A stretch of DNA of 64,000 nucleotides from Promethearchaeota archaeon (GTDB taxonomy: Archaea > Asgardarchaeota > Lokiarchaeia > Sigyniarchaeales > SOKP01): the NCBI GenBank assembly GCA_019057795.1, contig JAHLWS010000082.1:1-64000 (forward strand), given 5' to 3'. The position numbers were made by a program, and so were the translations under genes. Of this stretch, positions 19,849-30,235 are shown piece by piece. The notes under the pieces were generated by a model. That model worked only from the letters and a program-made list of their open reading frames with translations, ran no database searches and had not been told where the DNA came from. Numbering within the stretch: the first letter of the stretch is position 1; every line of letters starts with the position of its first letter.

Positions 19849-22626
19849 ATGAATTTTGTCAATGATTTTGCTCTAAAAATGAAAGGAAATAAAGGACTTA
19901 GAAAGACTAAAGTAATTTTATGTACTTTCTTCATTTTTATGTTCATATTTAATGTATTATACTTTAATGATAACTACTTTCAAAAGATTAATCCCCATAA
20001 CGATTTTATTTCTCAGGATAATGTTGAATTTAACGTTGATGAAATAAATCTTGCTGCGGGTCCAGAAATTTTTCAAGACCCATTTAAAGTTAATTTTTCT
20101 GATATTTGGAGCTTTTTTAAAGCTAAATATGAATCAGATTTAGCTCTAGATATAAACACATATTTTCGAGAAGGTGATGAGACAGGAGTTATAACCGATG
20201 ATAAAGTTTATCCTATTGATAATTTACTTTTATATAAAACCCTTTTAAAAGATGATACGGATGCGTTTGAAACGTTTGATACGTATTTGAAATTAAAAGA
20301 GTCACCTTTATGGTATCAAAGCAGTACTGACGAAGATGCTTATGGTTTTATAAGGGCAGTTGATAACACTACGGGTCAAATATTTGACGATGAAAGATAT
20401 TTAACTGACAATCTTATGCCGATCTTTCTATTAATTGAAAATATTGGCAACGACATTGACGATATTACCATTAATAGCATTTACCCTAAGGATTCAATTG
20501 AAGAAATTTTTAATTTAATAAATTCAACTCAATTTTGGGATGATGAATTTGAAGGATTCTACGATCATAACGCAACAACAGACAAATACGCAGAAAGTAA
20601 TATGAATGCGGTATTAGCTATGCTTCAAATTCACCGAATTTACGAAGAGATTGATCCGACTAGTGATATAAAGAATAGAGCTCTTGAATTGGCAAATATA
20701 ACAATGAAAAAACTTGTAGATAAGTTATGGGACGCTCCAAATGGAGGAGGTTTTTCTTATTATGGTGAAGATGATTGGATTTATGCAGGACCAGGTAGTG
20801 ATTATAAACATTTACAAACTAACGCTTTAGGAATTATAACTCTATTAGAATATTGGATTGGATCTGGAATGCAAAAAGATTCCCTCTATTTACAAAACGC
20901 GACTTACTTGTTTGACAAATTAGAAGAAGAATTATGGAATTCAACGCTCAAGGCATATGAAAGAAATCGAGGTAATGACTGGGGCCCTTCAGGACAAAAT
21001 ACCGCCATAGAATTAGAACCAAATGCTGTTATGATGTCGGCATGCTTAAAATTATTCGAGTATACTGGAAATATTACTTATTACGATAGAGCTTGGGATT
21101 TATTTAACGCTTTTGAAAGTTCCTTTTATGATGGAGCAGTTAGTTCTTATAAAACATCAATAGATCCTCCACCAGATAACGATAAGAATTTTCATGCAAA
21201 CCTTATCTTGTGTGAGGCTTATTTAAACGCATACGATATATATAACAGTACAACGCTAAACTCATTTTACAACGTAACTGATGAAATTCCTGATTATGTA
21301 TTTTATCAAGACACTCTAAACATTACCAGTATTTATTCTTTCATAAAATCTAATCAATATTACAATGTTACAACAAAAGATTATGAGCAATTTACAATTG
21401 AATATAATATTGACAATGCAACTATTAATTATATCTTCAAAAATCCAGAAAAGGTAATCTTGAACACAACGACACAGCAAATTATTGAAAATTCTACAAC
21501 TTTGTTATATGATATAACCGATACATTCGAAATAGAAAATGGGAATTATCTCCAAATATTTACTAATTGTTCGAATTTTGGCACAGCACACATTCTAAAA
21601 CAGTTTAATGTAACTTCTGGATTGATAAATCACCCGATCCAAGGTTTACCAGACATATTATATCAAGGTCCTGTTTTAAATATTATAATTCCCGTCAATA
21701 ACACCCGCAATAAAGACATTAATTTAACAGTCTACTTGGAAGGGGATAATATAATTAATGAAATTCAAGATATTACTTTTAATACTCTCGTTTTAACTAA
21801 TGTTTCATTTAACCTTGCTACTACCCTCGGAGCCACTATAGGGTCCCATACACTTAGCATTAATTTCAAAAACGGAACAGTTACATATTTAGAAATAATT
21901 ATAATTATTGATATTGGGAATTCATTTGATTATACTAATTTAATTTATGAAAGTTATATTGTAAGTGGAGAAAGTGCGTTTGTGTCAATGAATTTAATTA
22001 ATTTCCTCCCCGATAACACTCAAACATTTAATGTGAGTTTCTTTGAAGATGATTCCTTAATTCTTAAAGAAGAAACACTTTTATTTGAAAACGAAATCAA
22101 AAGCGTCTATTATTATTTGAATCTTACTGATACTGAAACACATCTTGTTAATGTAACAATGGAAATTTCGAAGAGTTCTACAATCTTCTACACTAAGCAA
22201 TTTTATGTTGAAATTATTCATAAATTTGAAATATTAAGCGTATTTTTTCCTGAAATTATTTCCCAAGGTGCTGTTGCTCAGTTTTTTATGATTATTCAAA
22301 ACAATCAAGAACAATCTGAATCCTTTACACTATATATGAATGGAGCACTTGTAGAAACCGATATTGATGGATTGGGACCGGGTATTAATAGAATTGTGGC
22401 AGAAGTAATTCCTAGTATAAATCCTTATGATTTTGGAATTGTTTCTTATACATTTGAATTGAGAGACAGCTCTGGTGAAACTATTGTGCAATATTACTTC
22501 GAAGTAAAATTAGAATTATCACTTTTTAATTTAGTTTTCTTTTATATTGTTCCAATATTAATTCCAATAGGCGTTATTTTACTTTATAAAAATAAAGAGA
22601 TTAAACACAGGTTATTAAGAAGATGA
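19849..22626 (+). CDS. Large membrane-anchored secreted protein with an (alpha/alpha)6-barrel glycosidase-like domain and beta-rich C-terminal domains
   Basis: N-terminal TM/signal; repeats such as FWDDEFEGFY, LWDAPNGGGF and LFEYTGNITYYDRA (GH76/AGE-like); many N-X-S/T sites; C-terminal TM. Confidence 0.7.
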   Translation: MNFVNDFALKMKGNKGLRKTKVILCTFFIFMFIFNVLYFNDNYFQKINPHNDFISQDNVEFNVDEINLAAGPEIFQDPFKVNFSDIWSFFKAKYESDLALDINTYFREGDETGVITDDKVYPIDNLLLYKTLLKDDTDAFETFDTYLKLKESPLWYQSSTDEDAYGFIRAVDNTTGQIFDDERYLTDNLMPIFLLIENIGNDIDDITINSIYPKDSIEEIFNLINSTQFWDDEFEGFYDHNATTDKYAESNMNAVLAMLQIHRIYEEIDPTSDIKNRALELANITMKKLVDKLWDAPNGGGFSYYGEDDWIYAGPGSDYKHLQTNALGIITLLEYWIGSGMQKDSLYLQNATYLFDKLEEELWNSTLKAYERNRGNDWGPSGQNTAIELEPNAVMMSACLKLFEYTGNITYYDRAWDLFNAFESSFYDGAVSSYKTSIDPPPDNDKNFHANLILCEAYLNAYDIYNSTTLNSFYNVTDEIPDYVFYQDTLNITSIYSFIKSNQYYNVTTKDYEQFTIEYNIDNATINYIFKNPEKVILNTTTQQIIENSTTLLYDITDTFEIENGNYLQIFTNCSNFGTAHILKQFNVTSGLINHPIQGLPDILYQGPVLNIIIPVNNTRNKDINLTVYLEGDNIINEIQDITFNTLVLTNVSFNLATTLGATIGSHTLSINFKNGTVTYLEIIIIIDIGNSFDYTNLIYESYIVSGESAFVSMNLINFLPDNTQTFNVSFFEDDSLILKEETLLFENEIKSVYYYLNLTDTETHLVNVTMEISKSSTIFYTKQFYVEIIHKFEILSVFFPEIISQGAVAQFFMIIQNNQEQSESFTLYMNGALVETDIDGLGPGINRIVAEVIPSINPYDFGIVSYTFELRDSSGETIVQYYFEVKLELSLFNLVFFYIVPILIPIGVILLYKNKEIKHRLLRR

Positions 22627-22633
22627 TGGAAAA

Positions 22634-24361
22634 ATGATTAGACAAAAACATTTTATTAGTATTTTTTTGATATTATTTACTTTTACTGCTATATTGTTTA
22701 ACTTTTGGGTTATTTCAATAAATTATAATAGCGAGTACTTTAATAACGAAAAAATAAGTGACGGAAGTGATTTTAACAGTATTTTTGATTTAAAAAATTC
22801 TGATAACGGAAACCCCTCTTTAAATTATTCATCAATACATCCAAATGCAACAATAATTTATAGATTGTTAGAATCTATAAAATTTGACATCAACGCATCT
22901 TATTTTACTGAGGCAAATTATACAGTTATGCAAATACATTTTTCAAATAATGTAGTAGAAGAATTTAACATGGATCCTGTTCCTGAAAACAATTTTACTT
23001 ATACATACAACCCCAAATACGACGCTCCATTAGGGTTTCACAATGTAAGTTTCTTAATTTACAACGAAACTGATGTTCTCTTAAGTTCGCCAGTTCCAAT
23101 TACTAACTTCACAATCACAACCAATTATTTGTTGAGATTTGTTGGTGACATCTCAGAATATAGTAAAGGTGAAACGCTCTACGCAGATTTAATTGTAAGT
23201 GATGAACCTCAACCGTATATCTTTGATTGGAATATAACAATTGTTGATAATGACAATGAAACTCTTCAAAATAATCTTTTTGATGTTGGTAATAATCTAG
23301 GGCACTTTTCTTTTGAAATTGACGACAGATTTAATCATATTAATAAGATTTATTACATAAAAATCAATATGTCAGATACCTCTGAGAACTTTAAAGCAGC
23401 AGCGTATTTTCCTTTTAAAGCTTTAAATTCTTTACCGGAAATAGATGTTTCAACTATAATTTTTTCACCAAGCACGATAAAGAGAGCAGAAGATTGTACT
23501 CTTAAGTTAAATGTTACCGATGTTGACATTTATACTTTACCAGAAAATTTAACCGTCTCTATGACAATTCAAAGTCCTACTGGTGAATTAAAGTCACCTA
23601 CTGAATTAACTAACAATAATAATTGGACTTTTACAACAACATTTTCGATAGGTATAAATAATCCATTAGGAAAATATCAAATTATTATCGAAGCAAAAGA
23701 CCAATATAATGACACGGATTCCCATACGGCTTTCTTATATGTTGAAAATAATGCTCCTGAAATTCATAGCTATTCAGTTAACGGATTAAGTATGAATCAG
23801 AGTGTTTCAGTAAATTATGGCGAAGATTTTATTTTTACTTTTAATGTTTCTGATGTGGAAAACACAATTGCTTATATCACAGTCTCTCTTTTAGACCCAG
23901 AAAATAATTGGTATAATCTTTCAAGAGCGTATACGCCCGACATGAATATTACAGTCAGAACGGTAGAATCAATAACGGGCGTTTGGTTTGTTTATATTTC
24001 TGTGACAGACATTGATGGCGCAACTACTTATCTAAATTCAGATTATGGTTTAGCTCCACAAGAAATTAGGGTAATCCCTGATTTATTATCACCCATTCTT
24101 CCATGGATTGGGTTTGCGATTGGTGTTGCGATTGGTGTTTTAGTAGGCATAGGTTTATTGTATAAAAAATTTAAGAGTAAATATATCGAACCAAAAGACA
24201 CTGCCCCAAAAAAGCCTACTTCTAAAAAAATATCGAAGAAACCTAAAATTAAGCCTTCTAAAAAAGAAAGTGTAAAGGAAGAAGATGCTAAAGTTGAACC
24301 TCAAGAAACCAAAGAAATACTAAAAGAACCTCAAAGAAAAATAAAAAGAAAATTAAAATAA
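22634..24361 (+). CDS. Secreted Ig-like/cadherin-like repeat protein with C-terminal TM and Lys-rich tail
   Basis: Signal/TM, NSLPEI and NNAPEI repeat starts, NVTDVD and NVSDVE motifs, C-terminal TM and a KKP-rich cytoplasmic tail. Confidence 0.7.
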   Translation: MIRQKHFISIFLILFTFTAILFNFWVISINYNSEYFNNEKISDGSDFNSIFDLKNSDNGNPSLNYSSIHPNATIIYRLLESIKFDINASYFTEANYTVMQIHFSNNVVEEFNMDPVPENNFTYTYNPKYDAPLGFHNVSFLIYNETDVLLSSPVPITNFTITTNYLLRFVGDISEYSKGETLYADLIVSDEPQPYIFDWNITIVDNDNETLQNNLFDVGNNLGHFSFEIDDRFNHINKIYYIKINMSDTSENFKAAAYFPFKALNSLPEIDVSTIIFSPSTIKRAEDCTLKLNVTDVDIYTLPENLTVSMTIQSPTGELKSPTELTNNNNWTFTTTFSIGINNPLGKYQIIIEAKDQYNDTDSHTAFLYVENNAPEIHSYSVNGLSMNQSVSVNYGEDFIFTFNVSDVENTIAYITVSLLDPENNWYNLSRAYTPDMNITVRTVESITGVWFVYISVTDIDGATTYLNSDYGLAPQEIRVIPDLLSPILPWIGFAIGVAIGVLVGIGLLYKKFKSKYIEPKDTAPKKPTSKKISKKPKIKPSKKESVKEEDAKVEPQETKEILKEPQRKIKRKLK

Positions 24362-24413
24362 AATAATTTTTTTAAATTTACTTTCAAAACATTATTTCTA
24401 ATTTTTTAGTGGT

Positions 24414-25325
24414 TTAAGCTAAAATATCATATAATCGATATTGAAATTTTCCTAGTTTACCGCCATAATTTCCTGCACTGATTTTTGTAACACCCGGGAC
24501 TTGAACAGCCGCTTTAATTCCTAACTTCAAAGCTTCTTTTATAACTTCTTCATTAGCACCGTCAAGAATTACTTCGTACACATAATTATCTTTCTCTCCG
24601 AGTAAAGAATTCTCAGTTTTTCCTCGCAGTGTTGGACAAAGAGGATCGTTCGTTGAAGCATTTAAAAAACTATATTGCGATCCTACTTTTGAACCAGACC
24701 GTGCGATCCCACCAGGAAAAGGAGCTATTATATTTTCTAAATCTTTTATTGCATCAATTGCTTTTTCTGCAGCTTCTAAGGCTGCCTCTTGAGTTTCACC
24801 ATAAATTAAGAAATTTCCTCCCGCGATTCCTTTTCCAACTTTGAATGTGCTTTGAACGATAAATTCACCGTCCATAACGGGAATTTTCCACGCTTCAAAA
24901 GGATAGACTCCTTCTATTTTTTCTTCAAATTTATCACCGAAAAATTTTAACTTATATCCTGTTTTTATTTCAAATTCTTTCTCTGGAACAAGAGAGCCAT
25001 TAAATGCATCAAAACAAGCTGTTGTTGGGCATGTTAATACACATTGACCCATCCTATTCAATAAAACACCATCCATTTTATCTTTTCTAGTCTTAAAAAA
25101 CATCAATACAACTCCAGGTCGTTTATCTGGTGTTTTTTCAGCAGAAACAAATACATCTATACCCGCTTCTGAATCGCAGTGGATTGTTGAAGTTCCATAA
25201 CCAGTTGCGATTTGACCAACAATTTTCGCCCATTTTTCATTTATGGTAGTTACTAAAATTCTAGTAAAAACAGCTCCAAACGCTTCACAGAAAGTATCTT
25301 CAATTTCTACTCCATTTATTTCCAT
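24414..25325 (-). CDS. ftr: Formylmethanofuran--tetrahydromethanopterin formyltransferase
   Basis: MEINGVEIEDTFCEAF, TPDKRPG, RMGQCVLTCPTTA, RSGSKVGS and ISAGNYGGKLG. Confidence 0.96.
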   Translation of the reverse strand: MEINGVEIEDTFCEAFGAVFTRILVTTINEKWAKIVGQIATGYGTSTIHCDSEAGIDVFVSAEKTPDKRPGVVLMFFKTRKDKMDGVLLNRMGQCVLTCPTTACFDAFNGSLVPEKEFEIKTGYKLKFFGDKFEEKIEGVYPFEAWKIPVMDGEFIVQSTFKVGKGIAGGNFLIYGETQEAALEAAEKAIDAIKDLENIIAPFPGGIARSGSKVGSQYSFLNASTNDPLCPTLRGKTENSLLGEKDNYVYEVILDGANEEVIKEALKLGIKAAVQVPGVTKISAGNYGGKLGKFQYRLYDILA

Positions 25326-25502
25326 TTTTTAATCAACATTTCTATTTTGTAATTTAAATCCTACTATTTATTATAAATTTTAATAGAGCGCAATAATATT
25401 TAAAATTTTTAAGAAAAAAAGCTAAAAATTTTAATTAATTATCAATTTAAGAAATTCATAATAGAATCTTTTTGATTTTCAATAAATTTAAAGTTGTCAA
25501 AA

Positions 25503-26342
25503 ATGAGTGAAGAAACAGTTTTAAAAATTGGGATACTTAAGAACGGAACAATTGGTTCTTCGTTATTACTTGCTTTTTTATTGGATGAAAGGGCAGAATC
25601 TAAGAATATAATTGTGCGAGAAGTTACCTCGGGAGCGAAGATGAACCCTCCAGAGGAATGCGTAGAAACAATGAAAAAATTATTGGAATTTGAGCCGGAA
25701 TTAATCTTAATGTCCAGCCCAAACGCGGCGTTAAAAGGACCGAAAGCAGCAAGAGAATTAGCAGGAAATATTCCTACGATTGTAATCTCTGATGCCCCAG
25801 CAAAAAAGGCTTTCGAAGAATTTAAAGAAAAAAACATGGGATATATAATAGTAGGCTGTGACTCAATGATAGGAGCAAGGCGTCCATTTCTAGACACTGT
25901 CGAGATGAGTTGTTTCAATGCAGATCTATTAAAAGTTCTTGCGATTACTGGTGCTTTTAATATAATAACTAACGAATTAAATAAAGTTATAATGGATATG
26001 TTAGAAGGGAAGGTTCCTACTTTACCTCAGATTGAGATTAAAGCAACTAACGCTACAGAGGCAGCAGGCTTTTCAAATCCTTACGCTCAAGCTAAAGCTA
26101 TCGCAGCTTTCGAATTAGCAGCTTCAGTTTCTAAGATTACGGGAAGAGCGTGCTTTGTTTTAAAAGATAGAGCCGAATATATGCCTTTATTGGCTGCATC
26201 TCACGAAATGATGAAAACAGCTGCAGAATTATGCACACAAGCCAGAGAAATAGAAAAATCTAACGATACAGTATTGAGAACGCCTCATCATGCTAAGCAA
26301 CATCTTTTAACCAAGAGAAAGCTTCACGAAAAAGAGGCTTAA
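25503..26342 (+). CDS. mtd: F420-dependent methylene-H4MPT dehydrogenase
   Basis: LLDERA, SGAKMNP, SPNAALKGP, DSMIGARRPFLD, NPYAQAKA and REIEKSNDTVLRTPH. Confidence 0.95.
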   Translation: MSEETVLKIGILKNGTIGSSLLLAFLLDERAESKNIIVREVTSGAKMNPPEECVETMKKLLEFEPELILMSSPNAALKGPKAARELAGNIPTIVISDAPAKKAFEEFKEKNMGYIIVGCDSMIGARRPFLDTVEMSCFNADLLKVLAITGAFNIITNELNKVIMDMLEGKVPTLPQIEIKATNATEAAGFSNPYAQAKAIAAFELAASVSKITGRACFVLKDRAEYMPLLAASHEMMKTAAELCTQAREIEKSNDTVLRTPHHAKQHLLTKRKLHEKEA

Positions 26343-26437
26343 TTATTATTATTAAAATATATTTTTAAAAAATTCTTATTTTTTTAATTTAATTTCTTAA
26401 AATAGGCAATAATACTAAAAAAATTAAGGGAATCCTC

Positions 26438-26689
26438 TTAAAACATTTTTTGGATTCCCATTATTTCAGATTTTAATAAATATATTAAAGATTCTATATA
26501 TTGTCTATTAAATGAGTCTTTCTCACGAATAGCATTATACGCATTTAAATATTCATTTAATTGCGTTTCTTTTTCAATTATCTCCGCTTCAAAGTAACCT
26601 CGACCAAATTCAGATATAAATTCACTTTTAGAAGATAAAACGATTTTTTCTCCAAAACTATTTACGTCATTAACCAAACATATCACCAT
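26438..26689 (-). CDS. Small hypothetical protein
   Basis: ORF of about 83 aa. AGGTG SD precedes ATG 26689, and it has its own promoter-like upstream region. Confidence 0.7.
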   Translation of the reverse strand: MVICLVNDVNSFGEKIVLSSKSEFISEFGRGYFEAEIIEKETQLNEYLNAYNAIREKDSFNRQYIESLIYLLKSEIMGIQKMF

Positions 26690-26730
26690 TATGTACACCT
26701 TTTAATTTTTATTTAATTTTTTTATAACTT

Positions 26731-26810
26731 CTAATTAAATACTCTTAAGCGATAAACTTAAAGAATTTGATAAGAAAAATTTTTGATAAATTGATAATTT
26801 TATTTTTCAA
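26731..26810 (-). promoter_or_regulatory. Promoter/operator copy A, upstream of the 26689 gene
   Basis: Aligns without gaps to 31656..31735, with the core 26759-26797 34/39 identical. Contains a minus-strand TTTAAG TATA-like box and TTGATAA-N6-TTTTCAA. Confidence 0.65.
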
Positions 26811-26843
26811 AAAATATCATTGACAAGTTTAATTAATTTTTTT

Positions 26844-29117
26844 TTATCTGTAAATATCTTCGACAGTTTCTTTAATAGTTTCTTCATAAGCCCTTTTAGC
26901 TTTATTAGCGCCTAATTGAACTTTTTCTATTGCTTTTTCAAAATCAGCTTGAGAAATTTTAACCTTTTTATATGAATCAGGATTTTGGGTATCTATATTA
27001 TCGTCAATAACACCTCTGCGAATGGCCAAAAGTGTGGCTTCCTCGCAGATTGCTTTTATATCCGCTCCTGTATTTCCTTCTAACCTTTCTGCTAGTTTTT
27101 CAATATCAATATTATTATCTATCGGACGATTAGCGAGGTGTATTCTAAATATCTTAATTCGGGAGGTTTTATTTGGCAATGGAACTTCTATATGCCTTCC
27201 GAATCTTCCTGAACGTAGAATGGCAGGATCGAGAATATCGGGTCTATTTGTAGCCGCTATTAAAATGACATCGTTTAATTCTTCTAAACCATCCATTTCT
27301 GTTAAAAATTGTGCTACTACTTGTTCAATAACCCTTGAACCTGAAGATGTTGATCTTCTTGCTGCGATAGCATCAATTTCGTCAAAAAATATAATACAAG
27401 GAGCAGCCGCTCTTGCTTTTCGAAATATTTCTCTTACAGCTTTAGCACTTTCACCAACCCATTTTGATAGAAATTCAGGACCCTTTACAGAAATAAAATT
27501 TATTTCGGTTTCATGGGCAAGCGCTTTCGCCATTAATGTCTTACCCGTCCCAGGAAGACCAAACATTAAAATTCCATTAGGGGGTCTTGATTTCATATGT
27601 TTATAAAACCCCGAGTACTTAAATGGCCATTCAACAATTTCTCTTAATTGCTGCTTTGCGTCTTCTAATCCGCCAATATCTTCCCAAGTTTCAGTTGGTT
27701 GCGTAACAAATACTTCTCTTAATGCAGATGGCTCAATACTATTTAATGCTGTAATAAAATGTGTCATTTTAATTATTAATTTGTTTAAAATTTCTTCCGG
27801 TATAGGTTTATCTAAGTCAATATTAGGTATTATCTCCCTAATCGCAAGCATAGCTGCTTCTTTGCATAAAGCTTTTATATCCGCACCGACAAAACCATGT
27901 GTTTTTTCAGCAATAAGATTTAGATCAATATCCCCATTTAAAGGCATCCCTCGAGTATGGATCAATAAAACTTCATAGCGGCCTTTAGTACCAGGTACTT
28001 TAATTTCAATTTCTCTATCAAAACGCCCTGGTCTTCTTAGTGCTATATCAATAGTATTAACTTTATTCGTTGCACCAATGACTATGACTTCACCTCTCCC
28101 TTCTAAACCATCCATAAGGGATAGAAGTTGAGCCACAACTCTTGATTCTACCTGACCTTTGTTTTCATCCCTTTTATGAGCAATTGAATCTAATTCATCG
28201 AGAAAAATAATAGAGGGGGCGTTATTTTTTGCTTCTTCAAATCTATTTCGAAGATTTTCTTCACTTTGACCAAAAAATTTGCTCATTATTTCAGGTCCAC
28301 TGATATTTATAAAATAGGCATCAGTCTCATAAGCTACTGCTTTTGCTAGTAATGTTTTACCTGTACCTGGAGCCCCATGGAGTAGAACTCCTTTTGGAGG
28401 ATCAATTCCAATTCTTTCAAAAAGTTCAGGATGTCTAATAGGTAGTTCAATTATTTCTCTAATCTTTTGAATCGCATCCTCTAAACCCCCTATATCCTCG
28501 TATGTTATTTTTCCCTGAATTTCTTTTAATCTATGTTCTAAATCACTAATTCCTTCATATGTTATTTCTTTTTTTTTTATTTCGTTAATTTCTTGAGTTG
28601 ATTTTTCGCTAAATAATATTTTTGTATCAAGTTGAATTTTAACCGCTTCAGAATTAGGCATGTAATCAACGACTACAAGGTCAATTCTGCGTGCCATAGC
28701 GTAGAAACTTAAGCTATCTCCTTTTGTTATTGACCTATTTTCTAATTTTCTAGCTAAGGCTTGAGGATCTCGTGGGATTAATGAATTATCTAACCCAGTA
28801 AAGGTTATTGTATTGGCAATATCTACACTGATTTTTTTAATTTCAACAAGGTCATCAATTGAGGCTCCTAAATTTCGTCTTAGGGAGGGATCCATACGAA
28901 TAATCTTTTTTCCTTTATCTTCATTTTTTCCTGTAGACAAAGAAGCAACAGTTTTTTTATTTACTACAGGATGGATGATTTTAATTACATCACCTACCCT
29001 AAGATTTAAATTTGAAACTATCTCTGGGTCTATTCTTACAATACCTCTCCCTGCGTCTTCTTTGAATGCGTCTTTAATCCTTACTTTACTTACAATCCCA
29101 TCAATATTCTCAACCAT
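26844..29117 (-). CDS. cdc48: CDC48/VCP/p97-family AAA+ ATPase
   Basis: N domain ([11 protein letters not shown]), D1 GAPGTGKT...DELD...[10 protein letters not shown]2 GLPGTGKT...DEID...RSGRF, and C-terminal HbYX-type IYR. Confidence 0.96.
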   Translation of the reverse strand: MVENIDGIVSKVRIKDAFKEDAGRGIVRIDPEIVSNLNLRVGDVIKIIHPVVNKKTVASLSTGKNEDKGKKIIRMDPSLRRNLGASIDDLVEIKKISVDIANTITFTGLDNSLIPRDPQALARKLENRSITKGDSLSFYAMARRIDLVVVDYMPNSEAVKIQLDTKILFSEKSTQEINEIKKKEITYEGISDLEHRLKEIQGKITYEDIGGLEDAIQKIREIIELPIRHPELFERIGIDPPKGVLLHGAPGTGKTLLAKAVAYETDAYFINISGPEIMSKFFGQSEENLRNRFEEAKNNAPSIIFLDELDSIAHKRDENKGQVESRVVAQLLSLMDGLEGRGEVIVIGATNKVNTIDIALRRPGRFDREIEIKVPGTKGRYEVLLIHTRGMPLNGDIDLNLIAEKTHGFVGADIKALCKEAAMLAIREIIPNIDLDKPIPEEILNKLIIKMTHFITALNSIEPSALREVFVTQPTETWEDIGGLEDAKQQLREIVEWPFKYSGFYKHMKSRPPNGILMFGLPGTGKTLMAKALAHETEINFISVKGPEFLSKWVGESAKAVREIFRKARAAAPCIIFFDEIDAIAARRSTSSGSRVIEQVVAQFLTEMDGLEELNDVILIAATNRPDILDPAILRSGRFGRHIEVPLPNKTSRIKIFRIHLANRPIDNNIDIEKLAERLEGNTGADIKAICEEATLLAIRRGVIDDNIDTQNPDSYKKVKISQADFEKAIEKVQLGANKAKRAYEETIKETVEDIYR

Positions 29118-29168
29118 TTTATTCCCCTCTAAACTAACTAATAATTCAATAAAAAAAAATTAAAAAAT

Positions 29169-30182
29169 TTACATCTTAGATAACAATTTTTTAGCAACTT
29201 CGAACGCATAGTTATAATCAAATACCTTTGTACCTTTAGTTTTTGTTGCTTCTTTTAATATTTCTCCCTCCGAATTTGCTTTTAAACGACCTAATGCTAG
29301 TGCTCCGATTCCAAAAATTCCTGGATATATTTCTTCATTATCGTGTTTTGGTCTTATTCCTTCAATTCCATAAGGGGGAACTAAATTGATATCTACTACA
29401 ATTTTCTTACCTTCTAACCTTTCCATAAGATCGCTTGATAAAATTTCAACACCAGCAGCAGCTAGAGACCAGATAATAAGCGCATCTTTAGCAACATCAT
29501 ATCTTTGTTCTTTTTCAGGCGCAAAAATCCCTTTAATCTCGGTTGCATCCTCCCCAGCTTCTTCGGTTACTTCTTTAGCAAGATTTTTTATAAATTCTTC
29601 GTTCGATTTATCCCAAGTTTCAACTAAAAATGTATTCAACCCTTCTTTTGCTGCTAATATGGCAGCAATTCTGGCAACTGGACCTGCCCCATAGATTACG
29701 ACTTTTTCTCCTTTTAAATCACTAATTTTATGTATATTTTTAGCATCGTATAAAGTCTTAGCTACAACTGCAGAAGCAGTAGTATGAGAACCCCTTGGAT
29801 CTATTATTACGGGACATTCAAATGGAGGTACTAAGGATTCAATAACTTTCTTAGCGATTTTTTCCCCTTCCTTTACATTAGATCCCCCAATAAAAAATGC
29901 TGTAGGTGCTTTAGGTTTACGTGAAAATATAGCATCCTGGACAAGTTTAGGAACTTGGTCCGCTGTCATTCTACTTATTGGCACAACAATATCAAAACCA
30001 GCGTCGTAAGCCATGTTAATGTCAAACGGAGAAGCGTTATCATCCGTGTCAAAAAAATAACAAATCTTATCTGAGGTATCCTTTTTCTTTATTTTAATTG
30101 GTGTTAATTCTATTATTGATTTTTTACCAAGAATACTTTCAATTTTACTTCCAATTTCATTATTTTGAGTAATTTTTCTCAT
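29169..30182 (-). CDS. mtdB: NAD(P)-dependent methylene-H4MPT dehydrogenase (MtdB/MtdA family)
   Basis: SPFDINMAYDAGF, VQDAIFSR, FIGG, VPPF...DPRGSHTTASAVVA, DINLVPPYGIEG and GIGALALG match the methylotroph MtdB pattern. Confidence 0.85.
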   Translation of the reverse strand: MRKITQNNEIGSKIESILGKKSIIELTPIKIKKKDTSDKICYFFDTDDNASPFDINMAYDAGFDIVVPISRMTADQVPKLVQDAIFSRKPKAPTAFFIGGSNVKEGEKIAKKVIESLVPPFECPVIIDPRGSHTTASAVVAKTLYDAKNIHKISDLKGEKVVIYGAGPVARIAAILAAKEGLNTFLVETWDKSNEEFIKNLAKEVTEEAGEDATEIKGIFAPEKEQRYDVAKDALIIWSLAAAGVEILSSDLMERLEGKKIVVDINLVPPYGIEGIRPKHDNEEIYPGIFGIGALALGRLKANSEGEILKEATKTKGTKVFDYNYAFEVAKKLLSKM

Positions 30183-30235
30183 CTCACATCGTTAATTAAA
30201 TTATAAAATTCAAAGAAATTATAACTAAAAAAAAA

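Noticed and set aside
27022-27606. 194-aa antisense ORF inside cdc48 (likewise 45922..46479, 25442..25918, 59251..59661 and the other short antisense ORFs)
   Set aside because: Shadow ORFs opposite conserved genes, with no independent motifs.
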